A stretch of DNA of 53,449 bases from a virus (lineage: Duplodnaviria; Caudoviricetes), in IMG/VR virus record IMGVR_UViG_3300006790_000003, positions 1 through 53,449 of that record, one strand, 5' to 3'. Below the pieces are notes generated by a model. It did no database searches and was not told the DNA's origin. It was given only the letters and a program-made list of their open reading frames with translations. Position 1 is the stretch's first letter. The number at the start of each line of letters is the position of its first letter. The translations under genes and the position numbers were made by a program. Of this stretch, positions 50,366-53,449 are shown in pieces.

Positions 50366-50591
50366 ATTAAGTGATAGCGAAGTAAACTTACTTAGCGAAT
50401 GCTTATCAAACACTACATTAAACGGAAAACACGAACAACCAATTAAAAAATTAACCAAAGACTTTCAAACAATTCAAGAACTTGTTTCAACAGAAAGAAG
50501 AAAAAAGAATTTGTTAGAAAGCAGAAAAGGATTAGTAGAAAATATGGATTTATCTACTGTAAATCCTAATTGTGAGGTATGCGATGACTGA
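50340..50591 (+). CDS. Hypothetical protein
   Basis: Start moved to MNEAV; C-terminal CEVC. Confidence 0.7.
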   Translation: MNEAVITIKLSDSEVNLLSECLSNTTLNGKHEQPIKKLTKDFQTIQELVSTERRKKNLLESRKGLVENMDLSTVNPNCEVCDD

Positions 50592-50811
50592 ATGGAAAGC
50601 AGTTCCAAAGAAAGGATTTGTACACTTACACACTTTAGATATAGGTAATAAATTTGAAGTCAATGGCTTAACTGCTATGCTAGTTAATAAAGGAATTAAT
50701 TGCGATGTAGTTATTCTTGAAAAGAGTGATTGCGAATGGCATAGAAATTATGAATCTTATTATAGCGGTAAACAAACGTGGGCTAGTAAGACTGAAGTGA
50801 AACCATTATGA
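50584..50811 (+). CDS. Hypothetical protein
   Basis: GAGGT SD before MTEWK. Confidence 0.7.
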   Translation: MTEWKAVPKKGFVHLHTLDIGNKFEVNGLTAMLVNKGINCDVVILEKSDCEWHRNYESYYSGKQTWASKTEVKPL

Positions 50812-51230
50812 AGTGTGAATGTTGTGGACATATTAACGGAAGAAAATATAATCCACAAAGAAGAATTATCGAACTAATAGAAGCAAGAGAGCATAACAAT
50901 AAATTGAAAGATGTAATACGCTTAATTAGAAAAGAGATACCTTCTGATAAAGATAACCAAAAAACATTTTATTTCTTACAGGCAATATCAAAGATACCTG
51001 ATGATGCAGTTGAAAAGGTTATACATAATTATGTAACAGATGAACACGTATATCAAGGTAAAGGTTTTGCTTATTTGCAACGAATGATTATTGATGGATA
51101 CGCAAATAGAAGTAAAATGATAGAAAACGAAATTAAAAAGTTTGGTAGAACACCAAAAAAAGTGAAAGTAGAAAGAGGAGAGTATAAAAATGTCTATAGT
51201 AGCAATGGAGGAAACCCTATTTCCAGTTAA
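50808..51230 (+). CDS. Hypothetical protein, possibly a DnaD-like replication organiser
   Basis: Helical ...KGFAYLQRMI segment loosely resembles the DnaD YxxxI motif; function is speculative. Confidence 0.5.
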   Translation: MKCECCGHINGRKYNPQRRIIELIEAREHNNKLKDVIRLIRKEIPSDKDNQKTFYFLQAISKIPDDAVEKVIHNYVTDEHVYQGKGFAYLQRMIIDGYANRSKMIENEIKKFGRTPKKVKVERGEYKNVYSSNGGNPISS

Positions 51231-51975
51231 AGAAGTTCCAGCGACATTTATGAAAGCTGAAGGAAAGAAAAGAACTTTAGTAACTGGTACAGGTCATAAA
51301 TTCATCATAAGAGAAGATACAGGAGATGTATTGTCTTGTATGACTGAAGAATATAAAGTTGTTGATAATAGGTCAGTTGTCAGCAAAGTTCAAAAAGTAT
51401 TAAGAGGTACACAAACAGAACTCGTAGAAGCCAAAACATTTTCTGGTGGACAACGTGCTATCTGGAAGTGGAACTTTCCTAAAACGAAAGTAAAAGTAAA
51501 CAAAGGCGATTTAATTAATCCACAATTGATTGTTTCTAATAGTTATGATGGTAGTACATCAGTAAATATTATGGGTGGTGCATTTAGATTGGTTTGTTTA
51601 AATGGTTTAACTATTGGAAATGTATTGACTACTAAAAAAGCAGTACATAAAAATAGTAACACTAGTATTGACCAATTAGAGAATAATATTTCTCAAACAG
51701 TAGGTATGTTAGTGGAAATCTTTGAAACAGAGTTCCCTAATCTGATTAATACCAAGTTAAAGAAAAGACATATTATTGAAATGAGTAAACTTATGCCAAG
51801 TGTATATCTTGAAGAGTTTACAAGATATGTTTTGAATAACAATATGAATAATTATTGGGATTTGTTAAATGCGGCTACATATGTGTCTACACACTCTACA
51901 AATCGTGATAGAGAATCTGTTCATATTATGGAAAATCAGATATATCCTACAATAACAAAATTAGCAAGAGCGTAG
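51190..51975 (+). CDS. DUF932-family protein
   Basis: R.DTG..L...Y..V.N, NSYDGS, FRLVCLNG, WDL.NA.T. Confidence 0.85.
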   Translation: MSIVAMEETLFPVKEVPATFMKAEGKKRTLVTGTGHKFIIREDTGDVLSCMTEEYKVVDNRSVVSKVQKVLRGTQTELVEAKTFSGGQRAIWKWNFPKTKVKVNKGDLINPQLIVSNSYDGSTSVNIMGGAFRLVCLNGLTIGNVLTTKKAVHKNSNTSIDQLENNISQTVGMLVEIFETEFPNLINTKLKKRHIIEMSKLMPSVYLEEFTRYVLNNNMNNYWDLLNAATYVSTHSTNRDRESVHIMENQIYPTITKLARA

Positions 51976-52488
51976 GTTCCTAAAATGCATAAGGTCCCTG
52001 AGATTAGACCACTTGATAGAGACTGGCTACTGTACAGAAGTCATATAGAGAACGTAGCGTGACCCTCTCTACAAAGTCTATTCTCTTGCTAGTAAAACTA
52101 CAGAAGACGCACATGTAATCATTCCTTGTGATAGTTGAAGCCGATAACTATTTAATACCAGGTACACAAGGTTTTGCCTTATTCTGTAGTAAATTTAGTC
52201 TCACGGGAAGCATAGCAGACCACGTGGACGAAATTAATAAATATATAGTTAAGTCATTGGTAGCCTGAAGCCTAGGCAAATGTATACAGTAAAAAGCTGG
52301 TTGGCGTATACACTTAACTATATAATTGGGCGGTGATGGATTAGCCAGTAGACTCTAGAGTTTATAAGCCGCCTAAAAAATTAAGAATAGCAACAGATAG
52401 GTGAGTCTTACGTAAAGTCCATGGAAACCTATACTAGCTATATAACAGGGTAATATGTAAAGCCGTCACCGTGAGGTATTATTACCCT
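51962..52488 (+). ncRNA. Candidate structured ncRNA cluster II (seven tandem stem-closed modules)
   Basis: Consecutive closing stems up to 13 bp separated by A-rich linkers; no ORF of 60 aa or more. Confidence 0.65.
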
Positions 52489-52505
52489 AAACCTTTGGAG
52501 GAAAT

Positions 52506-52760
52506 ATGAAATTAAATAATAGAGAACAAGCTTGGCAACACAGAAAACAAGACAATGTAATCAAGGAAAGTTTTGAAGATAGACTAAAAAATTTTAAGTC
52601 TGTAGACCCCTGGAGTAAAAAAGCTATTGAAGAACGTGAAGAATTTTACAAAAAATTTGGAAGAGGTTGGTGGATATTTTGCGGAGTATCAGTAGTGGAA
52701 AAATATGAAAATGTATGGATTAATCAGTATAGAATACTAGATGGAGAATTAAATGAATGA
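52506..52760 (+). CDS. Hypothetical protein
   Basis: GGAGG SD. Confidence 0.75.
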   Translation: MKLNNREQAWQHRKQDNVIKESFEDRLKNFKSVDPWSKKAIEEREEFYKKFGRGWWIFCGVSVVEKYENVWINQYRILDGELNE

Positions 52761-53004
52761 TAGAAACCAATATTTAATTAGAGTATATATGGAATATGGC
52801 ATTGATTGGATATGTAAAAAATGTAAAAAAATGAATGTAAATCAAAGTTCTTGGACAAATGTAAATCATCCACACGAACTTGTAGATTTTGTAGACGATA
52901 GTAGTTATTGGTGTGAAAATTGTAATGAAGAAACTATTGTAATAAAATATGAGGAGAAGAAACATGGGAGTGTGCAAGAAGTTGTTAATAGAACGTATGG
53001 ATAA
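52753..53004 (+). CDS. Zn-ribbon hypothetical protein
   Basis: CKKC...WCENC. Confidence 0.65.
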   Translation: MNDRNQYLIRVYMEYGIDWICKKCKKMNVNQSSWTNVNHPHELVDFVDDSSYWCENCNEETIVIKYEEKKHGSVQEVVNRTYG

Positions 53005-53248
53005 CTACAAGTTAAGAGAAGCAGAAGACTTTGAAGACGGAATAGATAAGTATCCTATGCCACATATACCTACAGAAGAAGAAATAGAAGACACTAAACC
53101 AGATAACACTTGGAGTATTAAACACGAAGGACACTTGAACAGAAATAATATAATTTTTCATAATAATAAATATCAAAAACTTTATCAAAAACTTAAAAAA
53201 GTTGACGATAAATTGAAAGAAAGTAGAGGTGAGCAAAATGGAAAATAA
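52964..53248 (+). CDS. Hypothetical protein
   Basis: GAGGAG SD before MGVCK. Confidence 0.65.
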   Translation: MGVCKKLLIERMDNYKLREAEDFEDGIDKYPMPHIPTEEEIEDTKPDNTWSIKHEGHLNRNNIIFHNNKYQKLYQKLKKVDDKLKESRGEQNGK

Positions 53249-53449
53249 AATGGAATTTATATCTATTAAACTAAATTATAGAACAGATGAAAACGGAATT
53301 AGAATATATGATTACGATGAAATGAGAAATCAATTTGAACAGCATATGTTACAATGTGCGGCTAATACGCAAGGTGATTTAGATGGTTGGTCTGATAAAC
53401 AGGCAGATTATGCTATGGATAATATGACTAGTGATTTATATGACCAAGC
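53238..53449 (+). CDS. Hypothetical protein spanning the circular junction (stop at 140-142)
   Basis: GAGGTG SD; MENKMEFISIK...YDQAREVFE* read across the repeat. Confidence 0.8.
   Translation, partial: MENKMEFISIKLNYRTDENGIRIYDYDEMRNQFEQHMLQCAANTQGDLDGWSDKQADYAMDNMTSDLYDQ
53327..53449. repeat. Terminal direct repeat, copy 2
   Basis: Identical to 1-123. Confidence 0.97.

Noticed and set aside
52173-52475. Additional 6-7-bp cross-module complementarities (e.g. TTTGCCT/AGGCAAA, CTCACGG/CCGTGAG)
   Set aside because: Several matches of this length are expected by chance in 530 nt, so they are not evidence without covariation
51962-52488. tRNAs, hammerhead ribozyme or intron in the structured blocks (also 44610-45200)
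   Set aside because: No cloverleaf with a TTCRA loop, no CUGANGA/GAAA core and no interrupted gene seen; more divergent ribozymes cannot be excluded by eye
1-53449. Stop-codon reassignment as in some crAss-like phages
   Set aside because: Code 11 gives dense, full-length ORFs, and TAA, TAG and TGA all end genes

Overview
This window is an apparently complete, AT-rich tailed-phage genome of about 53.3 kb. Bases 1-123 repeat 53327-53449, so the contig is circularly closed. The layout is podovirus-like with two divergent arms. The + arm (about 43.8 kb, across the junction, to 3.7 kb) carries small early genes, a tandem HA-domain protein, an HTH protein, a Cas4-like nuclease, a Sak annealase, an SSB-like protein, DUF932, an N6-adenine MTase, DnaB and a RuvC-like resolvase. 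The - arm (43.7 kb to 3.8 kb) carries terminases, lysis genes, portal, scaffold, capsid, tail and fibre genes, and putative ejection proteins. The standout is the 2929-aa last-block protein, which has double-psi-barrel RNA polymerase motifs (RxP...GDFDID) like the virion RNAP of crAss-like phages. Yet I recognise no DNA polymerase or primase, and the phage uses strong Shine-Dalgarno and sigma70 signals. There are also two 0.5-0.6 kb non-coding blocks tiled with nested stems (candidate new ncRNAs), an anti-SD-displaying hairpin after the capsid gene, an 18-bp inverted repeat bracketing the replication arm, and several micro-ORFs. All calls come from motif reading by eye; no searches or folding programs were run.
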